NCBI GenBank assembly: GCA_045106895.1
Contig: JBGCFM010000018.1
Location: 1 to 34,032 of the forward strand
Length of the DNA: 34,032 nt
Source: Polyangiales bacterium
GTDB lineage: Bacteria > Myxococcota_A > Polyangia > Polyangiales > Houyiibacteriaceae
Direction: 5' to 3'
A model generated the notes under the pieces. That model was not told the origin of the DNA. It was given only the letters and a program-made list of their open reading frames with translations, and did not search any database. Of the stretch, positions 17,919 through 26,434 are shown piece by piece (within the stretch, counting starts at the first letter, position 1; the number at the start of each line of letters is the position of its first letter). The position numbers and the translations under genes were made by a program.

Positions 17919-18479
17919 TCAGCGCGTCCGCATGTACATCGCGTCGGTGCGAAGAACGTACTTCGTGCCGCTCTCCACGGGGGCGCCCTGGTGGCGAAGC
18001 TGGTGTTCAAAGACCAGGGCCATACCCGCGCGGGGCACAACCCGTAGGATGCCGTCGGGCAGGTCGAACTCCGTCGCCCCGCCTTCGAAGCCGTCGTTGA
18101 GGTAGACCATCACGGTGTAAGCGCTCCGCTGGTTTTTGTTGCGCACGAAGGCGCCGTCGCGATGCCAGCGAAAAGCCTGACCGTTCCGATAGCGGTAGAA
18201 GCGAAGGCGCTCGTTGAGGCCCGTGCGCGAGTACTCGTGCCACGTCTTTGGCAGCGCCGCGCCAATCTCCTCGTAGAGGTCACCCGCGGAGTCGGGCTCG
18301 TCCACCATCACCCGAGTGTTGTCGCGGATCTCTGGCACGTAGCGGGGACCAAAAGCTGTAGTGATGGGCGCAGCGCCGTATCCATGGGCCTCCGTGCGCT
18401 CGATGAGCGCTGCGCAGCCCTGGGCCGAGATGGCCGGGAAGAGGGTGAAAACCTGAGGATGCAGTTCGTTCTTTTCCAT
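17919..18479 (-). CDS. 2OG-Fe(II) oxygenase, prolyl 4-hydroxylase-like
   Basis: HxD (WHRDG), VYLND.FEGGAT.F, distal His (RHQG) and 2OG-binding Lys (KYVLRTD). No signal peptide. Confidence 0.9.
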   Translation of the reverse strand: MEKNELHPQVFTLFPAISAQGCAALIERTEAHGYGAAPITTAFGPRYVPEIRDNTRVMVDEPDSAGDLYEEIGAALPKTWHEYSRTGLNERLRFYRYRNGQAFRWHRDGAFVRNKNQRSAYTVMVYLNDGFEGGATEFDLPDGILRVVPRAGMALVFEHQLRHQGAPVESGTKYVLRTDAMYMRTR

Positions 18480-18481
18480 GC

Positions 18482-18554
18482 CTCAAACATGCGCATTTGA
18501 AGGGAATTCGACGAGGACAGGACCGGACAGAAGCGGATCCTATACGATGGGCGG
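18482..18554. promoter_or_regulatory. Divergent promoter region with an imperfect palindrome, GGACAG direct repeats and a -10 element
   Basis: tcaaacatgcgcatttga near-palindrome; ggacag-gacc-ggacag; TACGAT (18543-18548) 6 nt before ATG 18555. Confidence 0.45.
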
Positions 18555-20615
18555 ATGCGTTTTCGCCACGAGGTCCTGCAGGCGGCACGGCTGGAGCTGG
18601 GGCTCACCCAAGAGGAGCTCGCTGAGAGCCTGGGTGTCGCTGCGCGCACCTACCGGCGCTATGAAAGCGGCGCCGTCAACGCGGGAGGGTTCACCCTCCG
18701 GAACGCGAGCCGCCAGAGCCTCCTGGACCGCATGAACGCAGAGCTCGGAACCAGCCTCGCTGAGCTTGTGGAGACCGAGACGAAAGCCGACGCGCACCAC
18801 ATCCTTCAGCCGGCACGGCACTTCGTCGGTCGCTCGCAGGAGCTTGGCGGACTTCATGCGTTTCGTGCGTCCCATGCCCCTGGCGTCCTCGCCGTGGTGG
18901 GCGTGGGCGGCGCCGGAAAGACCGCGCTTGTGGAGCACTACCTACGCACAGCGCGCGCCGACCTCGTCTACAGTTTCTATGAAGACCGGCGCGTGGAGCC
19001 CTTCCTTGAAGCCGCTGCGAAGCTACGGGACGGCGCCCTCGTGGTGCTCGACGGAGCAGAGGTTCTCCAGGTGGCCTTCGCCGATGGTTTCGCCCACGGC
19101 GAGCTCACGGAGCCAGCATTGCGCGACTGGCTGCGTGGCGTCGCTGCAGGACGAGGTGCGCTGCAGGCCATCGTCACTTCGCGTTTTCCCCTCGTGGACC
19201 TGGACGCTTTCGCCGGCCGTGGGTTCGAGGTGATCAACCTTGGGCCTCTAAAGAGCGCCGATGTGGCTGCGCTCCTCGGCGCCTGGGGCGTCACAGACAC
19301 CGCACCGCTCGGCGCCCTCGCTGGCGGCCACGCGCTCTCTGCGGCGGTCCTTGGCTCCTACGTCGGCGGCTTCCTCCAAGGAGAGCTCCCGAAAGAATGG
19401 CGCTTTGAAGAGGCCGCCAGCGACGACCCCCTCGCGCGTCGTTTGCAAGCGGTACTCACCAGCTATCGTTCGGCCCTTCCCGAAGACACCGTGGCCGTCC
19501 TCGCGCGCCTCGCCGAAGCTGCCAGCGGCGTGCGGGTGGCGAAGGAGGACCGCGTCCACCTCCGGCGACTGGTCCGACTTGGCCTCGTCTTCACCCTCGG
19601 CACAGATCGCTTCGCGATGCATCCTTTCGTTCGCGACGCTTTGCGCGCGCGGAGCGAGGACCAGGCGACGCTGACGCGCGTTCCCGGCATGGCGCGCTCG
19701 GAGATGTCGGCGCTCTTACACGTGGAGCGGGAGATTCAGCGCGCGCTCGACCAGGACGACATCGCCCACGCTGTTCTGCTGTACCGGCGTGAGCTCGGCG
19801 GTTTCGATCAGCTCGGCCTCAAGCTTGGCGAGTACGCCCTCGGACGCCGTGTCTTGGCGCAGCTCGAGCCTCGCCTCGAAGGTCAGCGAGGGACCCTCGG
19901 CGAACGTTCCGTCGCGCGCCTCATCTACGACCAGGGTCTCTACTCGGGAGCGCTTGGCGACCTTCGACACGCGATCCGTTGTTATGAGCGCATCGTCGAG
20001 CGCGCGAATATCGACACCGCGTTACGTACGACGGCGCTCCGCGCCCAGGCGTATTCTCTCCGTCTGCTGGGCGACGCGGGACAGGCCCTCGCCATCGTCG
20101 ATGAAGCCCTCGCGCTCTCTCGGGCGGCCGGGGAGCGTCCCCACGAGGGCCGCGCCCACGCGCTCCGCGGCGCGATCCTGTCGGACCTTGAGCGGAGTGA
20201 GGAAGCTGCTCGTGCTTTCGCACGGAGCGAAGAGCTCTCGGGTCCGATGGTGGCTCGACGCGCTCTATGGCGCGCAGAGTTCGACCTGCAGATCGGAGAC
20301 GCGCTCGCTGCGCGTGAGCGAACCCTCGCGAACCGACGTGTCTGCGCGGACCTCGCTTGGCCGGGCCATGTTGCGCACTGCGAAGCGGTCCTTGCCTTCG
20401 CCGCGCTCGCGGACGGAGAGGGCGACGCCGCGGCGCACCTGCAGAGTTTGAGCGCCTGGACCGAGCGCACGCAGGAGGCGGAGTTCGTCGCCCGCGCCGA
20501 CGCCTTGGCACATCGCCTGGATGCCTCTTGCGGGGCCAAGGAATCGTTCCTCCGCCGCCCGTCAACGCGTGAGCTTCAAGGGCTGATGCGCTGGTTCACT
20601 CGGCGCGTTGAATGA
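18555..20615 (+). CDS. XRE-family HTH plus STAND-like P-loop NTPase plus TPR regulator
   Basis: ARLELGLTQEELAESLGV..RTYRRYESG (HTH), FVGRSQEL, Walker A GVGGAGKT, Walker B VVLDG, IVTSR, GGHALS (GxP-like), MHPFVRD (MHD-like) and a helical repeat C-terminus. Confidence 0.85.
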   Translation: MRFRHEVLQAARLELGLTQEELAESLGVAARTYRRYESGAVNAGGFTLRNASRQSLLDRMNAELGTSLAELVETETKADAHHILQPARHFVGRSQELGGLHAFRASHAPGVLAVVGVGGAGKTALVEHYLRTARADLVYSFYEDRRVEPFLEAAAKLRDGALVVLDGAEVLQVAFADGFAHGELTEPALRDWLRGVAAGRGALQAIVTSRFPLVDLDAFAGRGFEVINLGPLKSADVAALLGAWGVTDTAPLGALAGGHALSAAVLGSYVGGFLQGELPKEWRFEEAASDDPLARRLQAVLTSYRSALPEDTVAVLARLAEAASGVRVAKEDRVHLRRLVRLGLVFTLGTDRFAMHPFVRDALRARSEDQATLTRVPGMARSEMSALLHVEREIQRALDQDDIAHAVLLYRRELGGFDQLGLKLGEYALGRRVLAQLEPRLEGQRGTLGERSVARLIYDQGLYSGALGDLRHAIRCYERIVERANIDTALRTTALRAQAYSLRLLGDAGQALAIVDEALALSRAAGERPHEGRAHALRGAILSDLERSEEAARAFARSEELSGPMVARRALWRAEFDLQIGDALAARERTLANRRVCADLAWPGHVAHCEAVLAFAALADGEGDAAAHLQSLSAWTERTQEAEFVARADALAHRLDASCGAKESFLRRPSTRELQGLMRWFTRRVE

Positions 20616-21132
20616 ACGAACATGCGAGGCGACGTACGGTGACACCGGCGTGTCCGGACACGTCGTATTCGCCCATGAGCTCTGCGACGATTTCCACCGC
20701 GCGGTCTGCGTCTTCCCAGCGATTCACGCTGACAGAGTAGTTCCATGCGTGGTAGTCGCCTTGGATCTCGCCGCAGGCGCCAAGGCCGACGGTGTGCGCG
20801 TGAATGCCCTCAGCTTGGAGTCGATCCATCGCGTCTGTCAGTAAAAGCTCTGCGCCGATCCGCTGGCATTCGGCGGGCTCAGCCTCGCAGGAGTCCGTGC
20901 CCATCGAGAGGGGCGCGCGGCCGCCAGCGCGGTCCATGGCGATGAACGCGTTGCCTTCGCAGAACTCCGGCGTGTCGACGCGAACGTCACCGACGAGGCC
21001 TTGGAGGGTGAACTCTTCGGGGCTTCCTTCGGGAGAGGCGGGGTAGTCCGCGCACGGAAGCGCGTCACTTCGCTGAGCGCCGCCGCACGCCATCATCACG
21101 AGCGAGAAGGTCAGAACGAAGGAGCGCGTCAT
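20596..21132 (-). CDS. Hypothetical lipoprotein
   Basis: MTRSFVLTFSLVMMA-C lipobox and six further Cys. Convergent 20-nt overlap with the STAND gene. Confidence 0.7.
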   Translation of the reverse strand: MTRSFVLTFSLVMMACGGAQRSDALPCADYPASPEGSPEEFTLQGLVGDVRVDTPEFCEGNAFIAMDRAGGRAPLSMGTDSCEAEPAECQRIGAELLLTDAMDRLQAEGIHAHTVGLGACGEIQGDYHAWNYSVSVNRWEDADRAVEIVAELMGEYDVSGHAGVTVRRLACSFIQRAE

Positions 21133-21141
21133 CGTTTCGAA

Positions 21142-21684
21142 TCAGGCGACGGCGCGACGGCGCCAGGGAAAGAACACGAAGCTCTTGGCGCGGACCGATC
21201 GGATGCGCTCTCCGCCGTTGACCAAGACAACCTCGGCGTCGACGCCTGTGGTGGAGGCGGCCTCGGCGACGGTGTCGAAGATCTCGCCGGCGCGCGACTG
21301 GAACTTGGCGTGCAGACGAAGAGCGATGACGGGCGTCGGCGCGCTTTGCCCGCGACGGGCCATCGCAAAGGAGGCTGACTCGACCTCGTAGAAGTCACGG
21401 AGGACCGCAGAGACGTTGTCCAGAACCGCTTCATCGGGCTCGCCGATGAGCTCCACGATTTCGAGAGGCTTTGCGGCCAGGGCGGCTTGCTCTTCTGCAA
21501 GGGTTTGGGCGACCTCGTCGCCCGATTCGGCCGCTCGCTTTGCGGCGGCCCGCTTTGCTTTCCGCGCCTTCTTGGCCAGGCGTTTTGCTTTGCGCCGCCG
21601 GACTTTGGGGGTCCCGCTAAGAATGACGCCGACGTCCTCGTCCAGGCTGGTTTGTGCGCCTTCATGTACGTTTGTGTGGTTCAT
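21142..21684 (-). CDS. Hypothetical protein with a Lys/Arg/Ala-rich segment and a possible SseB_C-like C-terminal domain
   Basis: AGGA RBS upstream; KVRRRKAKRLAKKARKAKRAAAKRAA; then VLRDFYEVESASFA...PVIALRL. The domain call is tentative. Confidence 0.65.
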   Translation of the reverse strand: MNHTNVHEGAQTSLDEDVGVILSGTPKVRRRKAKRLAKKARKAKRAAAKRAAESGDEVAQTLAEEQAALAAKPLEIVELIGEPDEAVLDNVSAVLRDFYEVESASFAMARRGQSAPTPVIALRLHAKFQSRAGEIFDTVAEAASTTGVDAEVVLVNGGERIRSVRAKSFVFFPWRRRAVA

Positions 21685-21772
21685 TGTCGTTCCTTGTGGT
21701 TCACATGACCCGAATGGGTGACATGTGCAACCGCTCTGGCGGCCGGCGCCGTCCGCGCACTACTGTCCCCCG

Positions 21773-22342
21773 ATGGCCCGAACTTCGACGCTCTACCGAT
21801 TTACTTTAGAGATCTCCGACATCGACCGCGGGGTCTATGAAACCGTCGCTGAGCGCGTGGCGTGTCATCCATCCGAGGATGATGAGCGCCTCGTGGTGCG
21901 CGTTCTCGCGCGAGCGCTGGCGCACGAAGAAGGGCTCGAATTTGGTCGGGGGCTGTCCACGCCTGACGACGCAGCGCTCTGGACGCACTCGCGAACGGGC
22001 GAAGTGGAGCGCTGGATCGAGGTGGGCGCTCCCACAGCAGAGCGAATGCACCGTTCGAGCAAGCGCTGCGCCACGCTCCAGGTCTTCACACACAAGCTCC
22101 CGATTCCGCTCCAGCGCGAGTGGTCGAGTCGTTCGGTACACCGCAGCGAGAGCGTCGAAATCGTTCAGCTGCCGCGTGAGCTCGTCGTCAGCCTCGCGTC
22201 GGATCTGAGTCGTTCGCCCCACTGGTTCCTCACCGTCCAGGATGGGCAGCTCAGCGTGTCCGACGGTGCGGACAAGAACGTCGCCGGACCCATCGTGCGC
22301 AGAAGCCTCGATGAGTTCCTCGCCTTCGACTTCACGGCGTAG
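21773..22342 (+). CDS. yaeQ: YaeQ family protein
   Basis: ISDIDRGVYE, HPSE..ERL..RVLA, LEFGRGLSTPDD, WIEVG.P..ER. Start set at ATG 21773, 6 nt after TACTGT. Confidence 0.92.
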   Translation: MARTSTLYRFTLEISDIDRGVYETVAERVACHPSEDDERLVVRVLARALAHEEGLEFGRGLSTPDDAALWTHSRTGEVERWIEVGAPTAERMHRSSKRCATLQVFTHKLPIPLQREWSSRSVHRSESVEIVQLPRELVVSLASDLSRSPHWFLTVQDGQLSVSDGADKNVAGPIVRRSLDEFLAFDFTA

Positions 22343-22440
22343 AGCGCACGCCCATCCGCACCGGACAACACTCAGCTACGCATAGGATCCATTCAAGTGT
22401 GGCGGTGGCAACGTACATGGGAGGTCGATAGAGTCGACGG

Positions 22441-22874
22441 ATGTTCAGCTCAGCGAGCTACGTGGCCCAGTCATGGTCACCGTCGCCTACTTTGTACTCT
22501 GGTACTATCTCCTTCTCGGGCTCCAGAGCCGCACTAAGTACCGCCTCAAAGCGCGTTACGCGAAGGAAGGTCGTGTGTTCGATCGCTACTTTGGGCACGA
22601 CGAGGAGATGCTTGCCGTCGATCGCGCCGTGACCAACACGCACGAACAAATGGGGCCCTTTCTTGTCTCCTTCTGGCTCTTCGCGGTGTTCTGCTCGACG
22701 ACCTACGCTACCTGGCTCGGCGCGGCCTACGTCGCCTTACGAGCTAGCTATCCTGCGCTCCTGGGCAGGCGTGTATCCAAAACCCAATCCAAGCGCGTCG
22801 CCTTCGTCACTTTTCCTAGCTACGCGATCATCATCACTTTGCTCGCTGGTGTCGTTTGGTCTGTTTGGGCGTGA
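22441..22874 (+). CDS. MAPEG family membrane protein, with an apparent 1-nt frameshift near 22466-22468
   Basis: DRAVTNTHEQMGPFL and YVALRASY MAPEG motifs in ORF 22473-22874. Adding one C joins ATG 22441 in frame (MFSSASYVAPVMVTVAYF). TAGAGT lies 6 nt before 22441. Confidence 0.75.
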
Positions 22875-22931
22875 TGTCGTCCTGTCCGGCCAGGCGTCTC
22901 GAATGGGGCGGAGCTTCGTTCGTCAGAACGC

Positions 22932-23818
22932 TCAACGTAGATGAGCAGCGAAGTGTTCGATAAGACGGACGGCGGATCGCGACGGAGATGTGGTGACGGT
23001 ATAAACTTTGCGGGCACCGCCTGGTCTTCGCTTGTGAGCGGAACGAGTTGGCCACTTGCGACCTCGGCTTCCACGAGAAAGTCCGGGAGCATTGTGACTC
23101 CAACACCCGCGACGGCGAATCCAATCAACGCTTCCACGTCATCCACCAAGAGTGTGGGCGTGACAGTCACCTGCGTTTCTTGACCATTGAAGACCAAAGG
23201 CCATCGGTTTCGAAGATCCGTCGAATGAAGCACGAGAGAAGGCCAGCCCAGCACTTCGTCGGGTTCTCGAAGTGGCTTCAGACCGAGGCTCGGAGACGCG
23301 TAGACGCGATAGAGTCCCGACATGATGCGGCGAGAAAGCTGCCAGGTCTCGTCCAGGGGACCAAACCGGAACGCAACGTGGACATGCTCTTCGATGAGTC
23401 GTACTCGGCGCGCTGCCAGGGAAAGCTCGAGTCGAATCTGTGGGCTCTCGCGGCAGAACGAGGCGAAAAGTGGAAGAAGAACGCGCCGCGATAAAGCCGG
23501 CGGCGCGCTTACTCGTAGAGGTCCGCACAGGTCCGCTTCCCGAGCGACGATGTCGGCCTCAAGTGCCTGGAGTTCGACGAGAACGTGTCGGGCGTGGGTG
23601 GCGTAGCGTTCTGCCTCCGCGGTGGTGGAGAGTCCACGTGAGCTTCGACGTACCAAGGGAATCCCTAGCCGTTTCTCAAGCCTTGCGATGGCGCGACTGA
23701 CACGTGACTGCGTGGTTCCTGCGGCCCGGGCCGCCGCACTGAAACTCCGATGGTCAACGACGGCGCAAAGAAGCTTCAAGTCCTCGAAGTCGGGAGGCCG
23801 AAAGGCGGGAGGAAGCAT
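22932..23818 (-). CDS. LysR-family transcriptional regulator (CrgA-like), with an apparent 1-nt frameshift near 23007-23009
   Basis: SFSAAARAAGTTQSRVSRAIARLEKRLG..L.RRSSR HTH, GPLRVSAP and GVGVTMLPDF. Adding one base restores the typical end KVYTVTTSPSRSAVRLIEHFAAHLR* (295 aa) and removes the overlap with MAPEG. Confidence 0.88.
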
Positions 23819-23894
23819 CGAGTTAGGCTAGCAGACCGCACGGCGAGGGACGTTCCAACGCCGACATTCACGGCTTCATGAGAGCGACCGCTCT

Positions 23895-24803
23895 CTACGA
23901 CTTCTTCTTCGGCGGCATCGGAAAGAAGACGCCGCGCGCCGCGTGCTCGTCGTAGTTTTCGCGCCGCTCTTTGTTGCGCTTCTCGAGCATCGGGATGCTG
24001 ATGATGATGAACATCACCGTGATGGCGACGGCGCCGCTCCACCGCCAGTGTTCGCTCGGAGCGACCTGGAGCGTGAAGAACGCGAGGCCCCACCAGAAGA
24101 GCGACTCGCCCACGTAGTTAGGGTGCCTCGAATACGCCCAGAGCCCGGTGTTCATCACGTCGCCTTTAACCCGCTCCGGTGAGCGGCGGAAGTCGAGGAG
24201 CTGCCGGTCGGAGACCTGCTCGATGAGCACCGCCGCGGCGGTGACGATGGCCGCCACTCCGTCCCACACGCCGAGGGGGGCGTCGATGGTGAGGGCGGCG
24301 TGAACAGGGAAGAGGCCCATGAACACTTGAACCGTGGGGAAGAAGTGAATCCCAAAGAAGTTCACCAGCGGCCACGCGGCGCCGGTCTGATTACGAAGGT
24401 CGACGTAGCGCCAATCTTCGTGATGCAGACCTGTCCAAGTGCGCGCCCAGTTCCAGGTGAGGCGCGCGCCCCACCACCACACGAGAGCGACCACAAGAAC
24501 AACACGGACGAGGTTGCCTTCGCCGACGCCCGCCCAGTAGACCGCCAGGGCCATCGGTGCGACGGACCAGTAGGCGTCGTAGGTGCTCGAGTTTCGGAGC
24601 GCGACACTGAAGAGAAAGACGACGATGGTGGCGACGAGATCCATGGCGCCGCCGAACTCGAGAGAGCTCGGCATTCCAAAGCTCTCATGACCTGCGTAGA
24701 GCACGACCCAGGTGAAGAAGGCGGCCAGTGTTGCGGCCACATAGGCGGCGGCGATCTTGGCGAACCCATCGCGCCGTGAGGGCGCCTGCTTTTCCGTGTT
24801 CAT
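23895..24803 (-). CDS. DUF1295 family membrane protein (steroid 5-alpha-reductase-like)
   Basis: NSSTYDAYWS, WGARLT, EDWRY, GLWAYSRHPNYVGE..FWWG; multiple TM helices. Confidence 0.9.
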   Translation of the reverse strand: MNTEKQAPSRRDGFAKIAAAYVAATLAAFFTWVVLYAGHESFGMPSSLEFGGAMDLVATIVVFLFSVALRNSSTYDAYWSVAPMALAVYWAGVGEGNLVRVVLVVALVWWWGARLTWNWARTWTGLHHEDWRYVDLRNQTGAAWPLVNFFGIHFFPTVQVFMGLFPVHAALTIDAPLGVWDGVAAIVTAAAVLIEQVSDRQLLDFRRSPERVKGDVMNTGLWAYSRHPNYVGESLFWWGLAFFTLQVAPSEHWRWSGAVAITVMFIIISIPMLEKRNKERRENYDEHAARGVFFPMPPKKKS

Positions 24804-24814
24804 GCGTCGTATTC

Positions 24815-26434
24815 CTAGGAGAGACCGGGCGCCTCGTGCCCGGTCGCTTCGACGTATTCCGTGTAGCCGCCGCCGTACACTCGGGCGTCGTCCCCGTCGA
24901 GCTCAAGGACGCGGTTCGAGAGGGCGTGGAGGAAGTTTCGGTCATGGGAGACGAAGAGCATGGTGCCTTCGAAGTCGGCGAGGGCGCCCATGAGCATCTG
25001 CTTGGTCTCGATGTCCAAGTGGTTGGTGGGCTCGTCCAACACCAAGAAGTTCGGCGGGTCGTAGAGCATGCTCGCCATGACGACGCGGGCCTTTTCGCCG
25101 CCCGAGAGAATCGAGCAGCGCTTCTCCACGTCTTCGTCGGGGAAACCAAAGGCGCCGAGCACGTTGTGAAGTGAACCACGCGTGGCCAAGGGGTGGGCTT
25201 TCTGCAGCGTCTCGAAGATGGTGTCTTTGCCATCGATGAGCTCCATCGCGTGCTGCGCGAAGTAGCCTAGTTTCACGCTCGCGCCGACGGTCACTTCACC
25301 CTGGTCTGCGTCCGTAGTGCCCGTGATGAGCTTCAAGAGCGTCGACTTTCCGGCGCCGTTTTTGCCCATGATGCACCAGCGTTCCTGGCGTCGAATCAAG
25401 AGATCCAGGCCGCGGTAGATCTTCAGGTCGCCATACGCTTTGTGAACGCCGTCGAGGCGTGCGACGTCTTCGCCGGAGCGCTTTGGCTGACGGAAGTCGA
25501 ACTTGACGACGCGCCGCGACTTCGGCGGCTCGATCTGGTCCACTTTCTCCAGCATCTTTACACGCGATTGCACCTGCGCGGCGTGGCTCGCGCGTGCTTT
25601 GAAGCGCGCGATGAACGCCTCTTCCTTTTTGAGCATGGCTTGCTGACGCGCGTACTGCGCTTCGGCCTGAGCTGCGAAGACTTCACGCTGTCGCTCGTAG
25701 AAGTCGTAGTCGCCTGTGAAGGTCGTGAGGTCGCCGCTGTCGATCTCCACGATCTTCGTGACCAAGCGATTGAGAAACTCGCGGTCATGGCTCGTGATGA
25801 CCAGCGCGCCGTCGAAGTTCCGAAGGAACTGCTCGAGCCAGATGATGGACTCGATGTCCAAGTGGTTGGTGGGCTCATCGAGGAGCAGAGCGTCCGGCGC
25901 CATGAGAAGAATGCGGGCCAAGGCTACGCGCATCTTCCATCCGCCAGAGAGCGCGCCGACGTCTTCTGCGACACGCGCCGTCGTGAAACCGAGTCCAGCG
26001 AGAATCTCTTGGGCGCGGGCTTCCAGTCCGTATCCGTCGAGCTCGTCGAAGCGCGCCTGCACCTCGCCGTAGCGCGCGACGTTCTTCTCCAGGTCGTCCA
26101 TCTTGTCGGGATCGGCCATGGCGTCTTCGAGGGCCTTGAGCTCGGCGGCGACGTCGGACACCTCTCCTGCGCCGGCCATCGTCTCCGCCAGGACGCTGCG
26201 TCCGCTCATCTCGCCGACGTCCTGATCGAAGTAACCGATGGTCACGTTGCGATCGATGGCGACGTTGCCGCCGTCGGGCTCTTCAGCTTTGGTGATCATG
26301 CGAAAGATCGTGGACTTGCCGCTCCCGTTGGGGCCCACGAGGCCGACCTTGTCGCCTTTGAACGCACTCATGGAGGCTTCCATGAAGAGGATCTGTTTGC
26401 CGTGCTGTTTGGATACGGAATCAAGGCGGATCAT
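24815..26434 (-). CDS. ABC-F family ATPase (ribosome-associated, two ATPase domains, no TM)
   Basis: Walker A GPNGSGKST and GKNGAGKST, signatures LSGGWKMR and LSGGEKAR, two LDEPTNHLD, and SHDR motifs. Confidence 0.95.
   Translation of the reverse strand: MIRLDSVSKQHGKQILFMEASMSAFKGDKVGLVGPNGSGKSTIFRMITKAEEPDGGNVAIDRNVTIGYFDQDVGEMSGRSVLAETMAGAGEVSDVAAELKALEDAMADPDKMDDLEKNVARYGEVQARFDELDGYGLEARAQEILAGLGFTTARVAEDVGALSGGWKMRVALARILLMAPDALLLDEPTNHLDIESIIWLEQFLRNFDGALVITSHDREFLNRLVTKIVEIDSGDLTTFTGDYDFYERQREVFAAQAEAQYARQQAMLKKEEAFIARFKARASHAAQVQSRVKMLEKVDQIEPPKSRRVVKFDFRQPKRSGEDVARLDGVHKAYGDLKIYRGLDLLIRRQERWCIMGKNGAGKSTLLKLITGTTDADQGEVTVGASVKLGYFAQHAMELIDGKDTIFETLQKAHPLATRGSLHNVLGAFGFPDEDVEKRCSILSGGEKARVVMASMLYDPPNFLVLDEPTNHLDIETKQMLMGALADFEGTMLFVSHDRNFLHALSNRVLELDGDDARVYGGGYTEYVEATGHEAPGLS

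Noticed and set aside
16878..18479. 2OG oxygenase acting as an AspH-like hydroxylase of the adjacent EGF repeats
   Set aside because: The genes are convergent, the enzyme is P4H-like rather than AspH family, and it has no export signal while the disulfide-bonded EGFs are extracytoplasmic. Adjacency alone is insufficient.
22377..22396. LysR T-N11-A box upstream of MAPEG
   Set aside because: Dyad symmetry is too weak to distinguish from chance.
24815..26434. Antibiotic-resistance (ARE) ABC-F
   Set aside because: No obvious extended interdomain linker or resistance context; looks like a housekeeping ABC-F. Subfamily needs an HMM search.
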